The notes under the pieces: model-generated
Databases searched by the model: none
What the model was told of the DNA's origin: nothing
The model's input: the letters and a program-made list of their open reading frames with translations, nothing else
Source of the DNA: an uncultured Verrucomicrobiae bacterium
GTDB taxonomy: Bacteria; Verrucomicrobiota; Verrucomicrobiia; Limisphaerales; Palsa-1400
NCBI GenBank assembly: GCA_963764165.1
Contig: CAVXRD010000002.1
Coordinates: forward strand, 800,001 to 864,000
Reading direction: 5' to 3'
DNA: 64,000 bases
Program-made: the position numbers and the translations under genes
Part shown: one piece after another, positions 31,371 to 40,609 of the stretch
How positions within the stretch are numbered: the stretch's first letter is position 1
How the letters are laid out: every line of letters begins with the position of its first letter

Positions 31371-31392
31371 GGGCGAAAGCCCAGCTTCGCCC
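31371..31392. terminator. Hairpin between convergent genes
   Basis: gggcgaa...ttcgccc stem just after the porin stop; no clear U-tract. Confidence 0.35.
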
Positions 31393-31402
31393 CCGGCGGG
31401 GA

Positions 31403-31900
31403 TCATTGAAGCGTCTTGACCGTCTCGATCTTGTCAATCAGCCAGTCGCTTTCAACCTTGCGAAAATGAAATTTCACTTCCTGCACGATCAGGTCTGATT
31501 CCCCGGCGATCTTCGCCTCCAATGTGGCATCGGCCACGGCCGATGCGTTGTCGGCGTTGACGATGACCGTGATGTCCGGGAAAGAAATGGACATGGAACG
31601 CACGGTGTTGCGCACGGCGAGGGACGCTTGCTGGATTTCGTCGCGGCCGGCAAATCGGCTTTCGTGATGGCCCGGCACGTCGATATTCACATTCACATTT
31701 GAAGCGAAATATCCGACCAGCTTCTCCGCATCCGCCACTTTTCCAATGAGACCCTGGCCGGAGCCATAGGACGCAGTGCGGGCCAGCGCCTGCAATTGCT
31801 TGCGCACCTGTTTCTCGGGGCTCGGATGCATCGCGATCCATCCCCAGACCGCTGCGCCCGCGATCAGTATCAGCAGAATGAGCTTGCTCGGTTTCACCAC
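31403..31900 (-). CDS. Membrane-anchored NTF2/SnoaL-like protein
   Basis: N-terminal TM segment, FAGRDEI and FRKVESDWLIDKI motifs. Confidence 0.7.
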   Translation of the reverse strand: MVKPSKLILLILIAGAAVWGWIAMHPSPEKQVRKQLQALARTASYGSGQGLIGKVADAEKLVGYFASNVNVNIDVPGHHESRFAGRDEIQQASLAVRNTVRSMSISFPDITVIVNADNASAVADATLEAKIAGESDLIVQEVKFHFRKVESDWLIDKIETVKTLQ

Positions 31901-32445
31901 AACGCCTTTCCAACAATTCGGTTTCGCTCGGTCTTGCCAAAGGAATGATATTCCTTGGGCATGTCGCGGTTATCGCCGACAACAAAATATTCGCCCGCGC
32001 CCAGTTTCACTTCTGGAACATTCCAATTGCACAAACCCGTTTCGTAAGGCTCCTTGAGCGGTTTGCCATTCACTTGCGGATGCCCGCCGACGAAGGAAAT
32101 AGTTTCGCCAGGCAAAGCGAGAATGCGTTTGAAGAACATAATGTGCGGCGCCTCGATCCCGCTCGGCGGGGTCAACCGCACACCGACCACATCGCCGCGT
32201 TTTGGTTCGTGCAGGAAGTAGGGCACGCGATTGATGAAATTCACCGAGCGATCCGCGTAAGTCGGCTCCATGCTGATGCCGACGACCCGTGTCGGCAGCA
32301 GAATCCATTTGAAAGTGACGATGCAAACGACAGCGAGAATGGCGGCCCTGAGCACCGTCTTTCTCGGATTTCGACCCACCGCGATAATTCGAAGCCCCCG
32401 GCCGAGGCGCGCCATTCCGCCCGACCCTCTTTGCTCATCTGTCAT
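31894..32445 (-). CDS. lepB: Signal peptidase I
   Basis: GISMEPT (Ser), FKRILALPGE (Lys) and YFVVGDNR motifs. Start MTDEQ at 32445. Confidence 0.92.
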   Translation of the reverse strand: MTDEQRGSGGMARLGRGLRIIAVGRNPRKTVLRAAILAVVCIVTFKWILLPTRVVGISMEPTYADRSVNFINRVPYFLHEPKRGDVVGVRLTPPSGIEAPHIMFFKRILALPGETISFVGGHPQVNGKPLKEPYETGLCNWNVPEVKLGAGEYFVVGDNRDMPKEYHSFGKTERNRIVGKALW

Positions 32446-32504
32446 CCTTCCCCAATGTCCACGCTCCGCCTGAAAATGGCAAGAGCCACGGAGCGAAAAC
32501 GAAT

Positions 32505-32651
32505 AGCCACAGGTGGACACAGATCAACACAGATAAAATCCATGAAAAGGGAGTGAGCTAATAATTTGGTAACGGGCGACTGCTTTGGCCATGCGCGTGT
32601 CAACTGAAAGATCTTCAGAAAATCTGTGTTGATCTGTGTCAATCTGTGGCT
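32505..32651. repeat. Inverted repeat built from short ACACAGAT-type units
   Basis: agccacaggtggacacagatcaacacagat (32505-32534) versus atctgtgttgatctgtgtcaatctgtggct (32622-32651), 28/30 complementary. Confidence 0.85.
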
Positions 32652-32683
32652 CAACGCCTTGCCGCCAAAAGACGCACGGATTT

Positions 32684-34279
32684 CTATTTTGCGGCAGCGG
32701 GATGTTTGCTCTGAGGTTTCCAACTCAACACCTGTTTTGCCGCGACAAGTCGGCGGTGCAATTCGTCGTAAGGGATTTTTTGAATCGCTGTTGCGTGCTC
32801 CAAGGCGATTCCCGCAGCGATGGCGGACGACTGGCCCAAAACCATGAAGACAGGCTCCATTCGAATCGAGCCATAAGCAATGTGGCTGGCCGACAAACAA
32901 ACTGGCACCAGCAAATTATCGCACTCCTTTTCTTTCGGCACGATCGCGCGGTAACTGATCGGATACGGCGGGAATCCGCCAACCTGCGTATCGCCTTCGT
33001 TCTCGACGCGGCCATTGCGAACAATGCGGCGGCAGTTGTGCGAATCCATCGTGTAAGCCGCGAGTCCGACCGGGTCTGGCAAATCCAACGATTCGCGGCA
33101 GTTGCGTTCCGTCATGACGTAATCCGAAATCATGCGGCGCGCCTCGCGAACATAAAGCTGGTGCGGCCATCCTCCGGTGTCGATGAATTCGTCCTTGGCC
33201 AATCCCCACGATTGCATTTCCTCGCGGAGGTAATCCGGCACGCGCGGGCTGCTGGCGAGGAAATGGAAAAACCCGCGCGTGTAATCTTCGTGCGCCTTCC
33301 AAATGCGTTCGCGCTCGGCATACGTTCCGTCGGCGTAACCCTCGTTGCCACCTATAAAATCCGTGGAAAATCCACCGTTGTTATTGATGTCGGTTTTTCC
33401 ATTCGGCATCGGCTGGATGTTCATGAATTGCTCCAGGACCAGATGTTTGTTCGTGACCGCCAGCGCCTCGATGTAACGCGCCAAAAGCTCGTAACGCGCC
33501 GGGTCGTAATTTGATGGAGGGTTGATGGGCAATTTGTTCGTCGTTTTTTGCGTCAGACAGAACCGGAAGTTGAAGGCTTGCACGGAGTGATCGCCCGCGC
33601 CCGGTTCGCCGAACGGTTGCGCCATCACGCACGGAATCAAACCGCTCGAAGGATCGCCAGGCCGCACATAAGGATCGACTGGCGCGAAGAATTGATGTTT
33701 CGGCGTGGCCCCGCGAATGCCGTCCAAAGATTCGCCGTAGACACTGTTGGCTTCGCGCCCGACAAAATAGGAAACGCCCGCCCTGGCCATCAGGTCGCCT
33801 TCGTAACTGGTGTCGATGAATTCGCGGGCCTGGAAAACCGTGCCGTTTTCCATCGTGATGCTTTCGAGGTGGCCGTGATTCTTTCGCACCGAAGCCAGCC
33901 GCTGATCGTAATAAACGGAAACGCCCGCTTCGTTGAGCATGTCGCGGAAAACGCCTTCGGCCACGCTCGGTTCCAATCGCCACACTTCATTTGTGTGATA
34001 GTGACGGCCCATCCGCTGGTAAAATTCCCGGGACAACCCGCCAATCGCCGCCTTGTTCCCAATATCCGTCTGGCTCAGTCCGCCGGAGGTCATGCCGCCG
34101 ATGTATTTGCCAAATTCTGTCAATACGACTTTATGGCCTTCCCGCGCCGCTTCAACCGCCGCCGCGATGCCGCCGGACGTCGCGCCAAAAACGCAGATGT
34201 CGGCGTGGATTACTTCGGCCGCATGGGAAGAATGGGAAGCAATAAGAGCGATGGCTGCGAAGACCAGCGGATGTTTCAT
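32684..34279 (-). CDS. Secreted FAD-dependent oxidoreductase
   Basis: Signal peptide, then FGATSGGIAAA, IDTSYEGDL, YVREARR and SIRMEP motifs. Start MKHPL at 34279. Confidence 0.9.
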   Translation of the reverse strand: MKHPLVFAAIALIASHSSHAAEVIHADICVFGATSGGIAAAVEAAREGHKVVLTEFGKYIGGMTSGGLSQTDIGNKAAIGGLSREFYQRMGRHYHTNEVWRLEPSVAEGVFRDMLNEAGVSVYYDQRLASVRKNHGHLESITMENGTVFQAREFIDTSYEGDLMARAGVSYFVGREANSVYGESLDGIRGATPKHQFFAPVDPYVRPGDPSSGLIPCVMAQPFGEPGAGDHSVQAFNFRFCLTQKTTNKLPINPPSNYDPARYELLARYIEALAVTNKHLVLEQFMNIQPMPNGKTDINNNGGFSTDFIGGNEGYADGTYAERERIWKAHEDYTRGFFHFLASSPRVPDYLREEMQSWGLAKDEFIDTGGWPHQLYVREARRMISDYVMTERNCRESLDLPDPVGLAAYTMDSHNCRRIVRNGRVENEGDTQVGGFPPYPISYRAIVPKEKECDNLLVPVCLSASHIAYGSIRMEPVFMVLGQSSAIAAGIALEHATAIQKIPYDELHRRLVAAKQVLSWKPQSKHPAAAK

Positions 34280-34284
34280 CCCGG

Positions 34285-34758
34285 CTACTTTTGAAGTGCA
34301 GGCGCCTTTTTCATCTCGCGAAAATTTCCCTTTTCGCAGCATTGCACGAATTCCTCCGTGACGGTCTTCAGGCTTTCCCAGCGGGCGCGGATGGATTTGG
34401 CTTCAGTGGCGGTGATTTGGTTATCCGCGGCGGCGGCGGCCATGAGCGACAGGAGATCGGCGAATTCCTGCACGACACTATTCATGGCCGGAACCAGATT
34501 TTGCGTTTGTTTGTCGCCGCCTTGCGGATTGTGGACGAAGAATCCGCCAGCCTTGTTGCAAATCCATTGGGCGACACTCGGATCGTTGACGCAGCGCATG
34601 AGGACGGCGACGCGATCCAAAGGATTCGCCGCGCCGCTGTTGCCGGTGGGTGGCTCGGCCCATTTGTAGACCATGGAGAGGGAGAGGCCCATCTCGGCGG
34701 CGGCCTGCTTTGGACTCACTTTTTGAAAGACTTCACGCAAAAGCTCGTGGGATTCCAT
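34285..34758 (-). CDS. Phage regulatory CII-like HTH protein
   Basis: KQAAAEMGLSLSMVYKWAE HTH, NPLDR, and EFADLL...DNQITATEAKSIR motifs. Confidence 0.7.
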   Translation of the reverse strand: MESHELLREVFQKVSPKQAAAEMGLSLSMVYKWAEPPTGNSGAANPLDRVAVLMRCVNDPSVAQWICNKAGGFFVHNPQGGDKQTQNLVPAMNSVVQEFADLLSLMAAAAADNQITATEAKSIRARWESLKTVTEEFVQCCEKGNFREMKKAPALQK

Positions 34759-34823
34759 CGCCAAAAAGTATTAAGGAAATCTTAAAATTTGGCAACCAGG
34801 AACGCGGATTAATTCGGATTAAT

Positions 34824-34982
34824 TGAATCAGGAACGCCCGAACTCAGGAACGGAGGATAGCGTTTCAAAAGCGGGGGCGATTCATTCCGAGTGACCCGCA
34901 TGCGCTACGGCGGTTTAATGGGACAAAACGTGTCAATTTGACGCTTCCGTCTCCGTTCCTGAGTTCGGGCGTTCCTGATTCA
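34824..34982. repeat. Perfect 32-bp inverted repeat with 95-bp spacer (REP doublet or MITE-like)
   Basis: tgaatcaggaacgcccgaactcaggaacggag (34824-34855) and its exact reverse complement (34951-34982). Confidence 0.9.
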
Positions 34983-34992
34983 TCATGTCTTT

Positions 34993-36669
34993 TTACCATC
35001 CGCCAGCCGTACCACCGGCGCGCGGGTCGGCAGCCCCCACAAAATTAGTGCCGCCCGGCCCTCGCGCCACAATTTGCGAAACTGCAATCGCGTTCAGCTC
35101 ACGGATCTTGTGGCCGCGGGCAGCCAGCGCGTTCTTCAAGTTTCCCGGGAGGCTTTTTTCCACGTCTAATTGATCAGGCGACCATTGATGGTGAATACGT
35201 GGCGTGGCCAGCGCTTCCTCCGGCGTTTTTCCTAGATCTAGAATGTCAATCAGCTCCTGAAAGACCGCGCTGATAATCGTCGGCCCGCCAGCGGCGCCTA
35301 ACGCAATGATCGGCTTGCCATCCTTCAGCACAATAGTCGGGCTCATGCTGGAAAGCGGACGCTTTCCTGGCGCGACCGCATTGGCCTCGCCGCCCACCAA
35401 CCCGAACGCATTCGGCACGCCCGGCTGCACTGAGAAGTCGTCCATTTGATTGTTCATCACAACGCCCGTGCCGGGAATCACGACCTTGGAGCCAAACGTT
35501 GTATTGATGGTGGCGGTGCAGGCTACCCAGTTGCCTTCCTCGTCGGCCACCGAGAAGTGCGTCGTGTGCTTTTTGAAAATGTCCGTTTGCGCATCCGGCG
35601 GCTCGCCGTGCGCCGCGACCTTGATCGTATGATTGACATCAATTTTCCGCGCCAGTTCCGCCGCGTAACTCTTGGCAATCAGCCCGCGCGGCACTGGCGC
35701 AAAAGCCGGATCGCCCAGCCAAAACGCGCGATCCGCAAACGCGAGTTTCATTGCTTCAGCAATAACGTGGAGCCGGGTCGTCTCATCCATCTTCGCGAGA
35801 TCAAAATTTTCCAGGATGTTCAAAATCTCCAGCACATGAACGCCGCCCGAGCTTGGCGGCGGAAAGGAGAGAACTTTGTATTGACGGTAAGTGGATTCCA
35901 CCGGCTCGCGAATTTCGGCGTGGTAACGGGCTAGATCGTCCGCGGTCATCACACCGCCGTTGGCCTGCATCCACTTTTGCAGGGCCTGCGCAAAGGGACC
36001 GCGATAAAACCAGCCAATTCCCTGCGCGGCGATGACGCGATAGGTGGCGGCAAGATCCGCTTCGCGCAATGTGCCGCCCATCTTTCGCGGCGCGCCGTTT
36101 GTAAAATAAACATCGGTTGACGATTTGAACTTCGCCATGTCGCGCGCCTCCGATTGCAGCGCCGAAGCGTAATTTTTTGTCAGAGGAAAGCCGCGATCCG
36201 CCAACGCGGCGGCGGGAAGAATCAAATCCGCGAGCTTCTTTTTGCCAAAGTGCTGGACGGCGTAATCGAATGCCGCCAGTTCGCCGGGAACTCCGCTGGC
36301 CAGCGCGCCCGTTTGGCTGAGTTCAATGTCGCCCTTGCCATTGCGGACGAACATATCGCGCGTGGCCGCGGCCGGGGCAGTCTCGCGCCCATCGACGCAG
36401 ATGTTCGAGCCGTTCGCCAGATGGATCAGCAGGAAGCAGCCGCCGCCGATGCCGGAATTGCGCGTGTCAACAACTCCAAGCGTCAAGCCCACCGCCACCG
36501 CCGCGTCAATCGCATTGCCGCCATTCTTGAGAACTTTCACGCCCGCCTCGGTCGCCACTGGATTGACAGACGCCACCATGCCGTGCGCGCCAGTCGCCGC
36601 TGAAATCGTATTGACGCTGCACAGCGCGAAAGCAAGCGCAACTGTGAAAGTTCGAATTAACGTTGTCAT
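34993..36669 (-). CDS. ggt: Gamma-glutamyltransferase
   Basis: GGNAIDAAVA, DGRETAP, HTTHFS (catalytic Thr), NNQMDDF and RPLSSMSPT motifs. Confidence 0.96.
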   Translation of the reverse strand: MTTLIRTFTVALAFALCSVNTISAATGAHGMVASVNPVATEAGVKVLKNGGNAIDAAVAVGLTLGVVDTRNSGIGGGCFLLIHLANGSNICVDGRETAPAAATRDMFVRNGKGDIELSQTGALASGVPGELAAFDYAVQHFGKKKLADLILPAAALADRGFPLTKNYASALQSEARDMAKFKSSTDVYFTNGAPRKMGGTLREADLAATYRVIAAQGIGWFYRGPFAQALQKWMQANGGVMTADDLARYHAEIREPVESTYRQYKVLSFPPPSSGGVHVLEILNILENFDLAKMDETTRLHVIAEAMKLAFADRAFWLGDPAFAPVPRGLIAKSYAAELARKIDVNHTIKVAAHGEPPDAQTDIFKKHTTHFSVADEEGNWVACTATINTTFGSKVVIPGTGVVMNNQMDDFSVQPGVPNAFGLVGGEANAVAPGKRPLSSMSPTIVLKDGKPIIALGAAGGPTIISAVFQELIDILDLGKTPEEALATPRIHHQWSPDQLDVEKSLPGNLKNALAARGHKIRELNAIAVSQIVARGPGGTNFVGAADPRAGGTAGGW

Positions 36670-37880
36670 GTTTGTAATTCACCTTCCCAGCGGGCGACGA
36701 CTGCCGCCGCCAGGCAATTGCCAATAAGATTGATACAGGTCCGCGCCATGTCCAGAAATGCGTCGACTCCCAAAATCAAGGCGACGCCCTCCAGCGGCAG
36801 GCCAAACGTGGTGAGCGTGCCGGACAAAACCACCATGGCCGCGCGCGGCACGCCAGCCACGCCTTTGCTGGTAAGCATCAGCGTCAGCATCATGGGCAGC
36901 TCCTCCGCGAGCGCAAGGTGATGCCCTGCCGCCTGCGCCACAAAAACAGATGTCAGCGCGAGGTAAAGAGTAGAGCCATCCAGATTGAACGAGTATCCGG
37001 CGGGCATCACAAACGCGACGACACGCCGCGAAGCGCCAAATGCCTCCATGATTCGCAGCGCATCCGGCAAGGCCGCTTCCGAGCTTGCCGTGGAAAACGC
37101 CAGCAAGGCGGGCTCGCGAATGGCGCGGAAAAATTTCAGCACCGGAATCCGGGCCATCAGCATCACCGGCACGAGGACGAATAAAATAAACGCGGCCAGC
37201 GCGCCGTAAAGCGTCAACACGAGCTTTCCCAACTGAACGAGAACATGGGAGCCATTCTGCGCGAGCGTCGCGGCAATGGCGGCGCCCACCCCAATTGGCG
37301 CAAAATACATGACCAGAGCGGTGAATCGGAACATCACTTGCGAAACCGCCTCGAAGAAATCGACCACGATTTGCTTTTGCTTTGCCTGGATGCCGCTGAG
37401 CGCCAGGCCGAAAAAAACCGCGAACACCACCACTTGCAAAACATCATTGCGGGCGGCGGCATCGAAAAGGCTTTGCGGAGCGAGATGTTCGAGAATGAAA
37501 GCCCCGTTCACATGCGTGGCGGCAAATTGCTTCCCGGAATCGGCGGAAGCCGACAAATGAATTCCATTGCCCGGCTGGGCCAGATTTACCGCCGCCAATC
37601 CGACAGCCAAGGCCAGACAGGTGACAGCCTCAAAATAAATCAGCGCCTTGAGCGCCATGCGTCCGATGACTTTCATATCGGACGTATGCCCCGCGATGCC
37701 AACAACCAGCGTGCTGAAAATAAGCGGGACCACGACGCACTTGATGAGGTGGAGAAAAAGCGTCGAGAGCACCTGAAGTTGCTTCGCCTGTTCCGGGAAA
37801 AGCTCCCCCACAGCAACGCCCACCACCATCGCGATCATAATCCAATGGGTCAGCGTCATTCGTTTGACAAACGTCGGCAT
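36666..37880 (-). CDS. Dicarboxylate/amino acid:cation symporter (GltP-like)
   Basis: FSTASSEAALP, GYSFNLDGS, SKGVAGVP and DMARTCIN motifs. Confidence 0.93.
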   Translation of the reverse strand: MPTFVKRMTLTHWIMIAMVVGVAVGELFPEQAKQLQVLSTLFLHLIKCVVVPLIFSTLVVGIAGHTSDMKVIGRMALKALIYFEAVTCLALAVGLAAVNLAQPGNGIHLSASADSGKQFAATHVNGAFILEHLAPQSLFDAAARNDVLQVVVFAVFFGLALSGIQAKQKQIVVDFFEAVSQVMFRFTALVMYFAPIGVGAAIAATLAQNGSHVLVQLGKLVLTLYGALAAFILFVLVPVMLMARIPVLKFFRAIREPALLAFSTASSEAALPDALRIMEAFGASRRVVAFVMPAGYSFNLDGSTLYLALTSVFVAQAAGHHLALAEELPMMLTLMLTSKGVAGVPRAAMVVLSGTLTTFGLPLEGVALILGVDAFLDMARTCINLIGNCLAAAVVARWEGELQT

Positions 37881-37991
37881 TGCGCGGGCAGACTACTGTT
37901 TCGAGCCGCGGGTGCGCGACAGAATTCTTCACAAGGCATACCCTTCTCCTCGATCGCCGGCGCCATGGCCTTTTCCCCTTCGTGCCCTTTG

Positions 37992-39698
37992 CAGTGCTAT
38001 TTCGGAAAACTCTTCATTTTTGGCAAAGTTTTAGGCGGCGAGTTTGGTCAATTTGTCCACGTCCGCTTTGCGGGCGGTCAAGAGCGCAGTAATGGTGGTG
38101 CGCCCTTTCTCGGTGACAACATAGCGGTGGGTGCCGCTGACTTTGGCGATCAAGCCATGCGCTCGCAGGAGCCGCAGTCGGCGTCCAATCCAGCCCATTC
38201 TGCGTTTGAGTTCGCGGTCATCGCACCGGCTGGGAAAATAGGCCTGCCGAATGTCTCGACTGCGAAAGCCGTTGAGGGCGTACTCTCCCTGGCTGACCAT
38301 TTCCAAAAGGCGTCCGTCCTCCGGGGCCCAAGGATTGAGGGCGCGGTAGCGCCGCCCCGCCTGCCGCAGGGGCTTGCAGCATTTTTCAACCCATTGGAAC
38401 AGCGGCACCGTTCCGCTGACGGATCCCAACGCCTGCAAATAACGTTCATTGGCCCGGTGAGAGATTTCTTTGCGCCGTTTCAGGTCGGCCAGCCCCCGGC
38501 GCAATGTCAGCCAGCGTTTGGCCTCCTTGGGCCGGCCTTCCGGTTTGCGATAAACTTTAAATTCCTCCGGGTGCGTCACCGTCGTTTCGATCCGCAAAAC
38601 CGAGCCCTGCTTGTCGTAAAATTTGATCGAGTTGCCGTTAAGACTGTGCTTGACCCGCACGCCCTCCGGCCGCCGTTTGGTGTCGCTGGTGATTTCGCCC
38701 TCAAACTGGCCGTACACCCTGCCCGTGCTGATGGGAACGTATCGGCCCAAAAACCTCATCACGTCCGCGCTGGAAAAGGAACTGATGGCATGGTGAACCA
38801 GGCTGGGATAAAGCCGGGCCAGGCTCTCGGGCTCCTTGAAAATGACATCGGTGGCATATTCGGTGTCCGAAGCGCTCCAATAGTATTTGAGGTTCAGCGG
38901 CTGGCAAATCGACCGGTGCAGGGGATGAACCTCATTGAGCAGCCGGCCCAGCTCCTTGGGCCAGTCAGTTTGCAGTTGCTGGTCCAGCAGGCCTTGAGCG
39001 CGCCCCATATCGGCCACCCGCAAAAAGGTGTTCTCCTTCTTTTGATAGGCAATGCCTGCCTGATCCAACTGCTTTCCCAGCCAATGCCGGCCATTGAGGC
39101 AGATATTAATCTGGAAGGGAAACCAGGTTTGCAGGCGCAGGTGCATGAAGCCAAACTTGGAATGCTCGAAATAGAAATAAAGATGGCTGCACTTGCGCTG
39201 CTGAACCTTCACCTCAATGTGTTTGGTTTGGGGGTTTCCGACGACTTGAAAGGACATGCAGGGTTCCGTGCAATTGAGAATGGCGATCAGTCCCTCGGTG
39301 ATTTTATCGCGGGCGGCAATCTTGCGCGCCACCTCCTCCTTGCTGGTTTGGCTGGAGGGGACGAAAAGAAAAGGCCGCCCGGCTGTTTGTGCCAGGGCCC
39401 TGGCTTTGTCTTTGACCGCTTTGGTGGTCCGTTCGACCAACTGGCTGAAATCCTTGATCAGAATGTGGCAGGCGTTCAAGTAGGCCTCCATCACCTGGGG
39501 GCCGTACAACTGGCGCAGCGTCCCGCGCAATCGCAGGCGATCAAAGCCCGAAAGAACTCCTAGAATTGAGGAAGCATGTTTGTGTACAAAAGAGTTGGAA
39601 GCGCCGTCATGGGTAAGCGGTTTGTTTTGCATACATCCAATCTTACCCAGACCGGACGGCGCTTTCCTCTTATTTTTGGTTGCGGCTTTGCCGCGCTG
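37992..39698 (-). mobile_element. IS-like element, copy 1 (1707 bp), unclassified
   Basis: Repeated at 41662-43369 with different flanks. Ends are CAGTGCTATT... and ...GGTTGCGGCTTTGCCGCGCTG, each with a 2-bp TG ambiguity. One ORF fills the element. Confidence 0.85.
38031..39632 (-). CDS. Putative transposase with Rep_trans-like catalytic motifs and C-terminal winged HTH
   Basis: 533 aa; E258-Y-A-T-D262, K337-F-Y339-D-K341, R347-I-E349; C-terminal GFRSRDIR...RRLRLLRAHGLIAKVSGTHRYVVTEKG. Confidence 0.7.
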   Translation of the reverse strand: MQNKPLTHDGASNSFVHKHASSILGVLSGFDRLRLRGTLRQLYGPQVMEAYLNACHILIKDFSQLVERTTKAVKDKARALAQTAGRPFLFVPSSQTSKEEVARKIAARDKITEGLIAILNCTEPCMSFQVVGNPQTKHIEVKVQQRKCSHLYFYFEHSKFGFMHLRLQTWFPFQINICLNGRHWLGKQLDQAGIAYQKKENTFLRVADMGRAQGLLDQQLQTDWPKELGRLLNEVHPLHRSICQPLNLKYYWSASDTEYATDVIFKEPESLARLYPSLVHHAISSFSSADVMRFLGRYVPISTGRVYGQFEGEITSDTKRRPEGVRVKHSLNGNSIKFYDKQGSVLRIETTVTHPEEFKVYRKPEGRPKEAKRWLTLRRGLADLKRRKEISHRANERYLQALGSVSGTVPLFQWVEKCCKPLRQAGRRYRALNPWAPEDGRLLEMVSQGEYALNGFRSRDIRQAYFPSRCDDRELKRRMGWIGRRLRLLRAHGLIAKVSGTHRYVVTEKGRTTITALLTARKADVDKLTKLAA

Positions 39699-40049
39699 TG
39701 TCCTTGTTGTTCAATTCCCTTGCCGGTCCCGGCTGGCCCCGGGCAAGGACCCCGGGCGCCGCGCCGCCGGCGAATTCAAACCAGACTTTTTAAAACAAGG
39801 GCGCAAAGGACACGAAGAGGAGAAGGCGTTAAAGCCTGCTATCTGGGCCTCGCTGCGTTCTCCGAGCGCGATTGCGTTGAAGCCACGATGAAGCCAGCGT
39901 GATCAGGCATAAGGTCCATCCCGCTCATCCTGTGCATCCCGTCAAAATTTTGCCCAAAATGCGGACTTTTTCGAGATGGCACCGCAAAGCATTTGCCGAT
40001 TCTTTTACATGCCTGCCGCACCCCCAAAATAAAAAATCGACAGCGGCCG

Positions 40050-40430
40050 TTACGGATTGCTGCTCTCAATATCCTGGCCAAACACGATTGCCACGTTGTT
40101 GACATCGCGCACGCTAAATTCTCGAATCCCGTAGGGCTGATCTGTTGGCTCCGTTGCCGCTTCCCCGCCGCGACTGACTATTTCCCGGTGGCAGGCATCG
40201 ACGTCCTTCACCCACTGAAACAAGTGGACGCCGCTCGGGTTTCCGGCACTCTTGACGAAGTGAATGGCGGAATTGTCGCGCCAAACCACCGCGTATGTCT
40301 CGTCGCCGAAATCCCACGTAAAACCAAGGACATCACGATAGAAGGCGGCCGTTGCCTTGACGTCCGCGACATGCAGCACCGGGGCGCCTTGGATGAATTG
40401 AACAGGATTGGATGATGGCAATGATGGCAT
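40050..40430 (-). CDS. VOC/glyoxalase (bleomycin-resistance-like) protein
   Basis: PVLHVADVKATAAFYRDVLGF and PTDQPYGIREFSVRDVNN motifs. Confidence 0.9.
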   Translation of the reverse strand: MPSLPSSNPVQFIQGAPVLHVADVKATAAFYRDVLGFTWDFGDETYAVVWRDNSAIHFVKSAGNPSGVHLFQWVKDVDACHREIVSRGGEAATEPTDQPYGIREFSVRDVNNVAIVFGQDIESSNP

Positions 40431-40609
40431 TTTTCCTATATGGTCATGACCACCATCGGGAGCCTGTGCGCCAGATTAATGGATTTAACACGATTCAACA
40501 GTATCATCGGCTTGGGATAGTTATCGAGGCCGACTCCTCAGACAACGATAATATTTCCCTCATCGACAGCAGGACGGTCCTGGGGCCGATCCGCGTCGGG
40601 CAAAAGCGA

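Noticed and set aside
37245..39563. 772-aa plus-strand ORF
   Set aside because: It is antisense to the symporter and the element ORF, crosses the element boundary and has no recognisable motifs. Likely a high-GC shadow frame.
38031..39632. MarR-family transcriptional regulator as the product call
   Set aside because: The winged helix is only the C-terminal ~80 of 533 residues, and the gene fills a duplicated, sharply bounded element.
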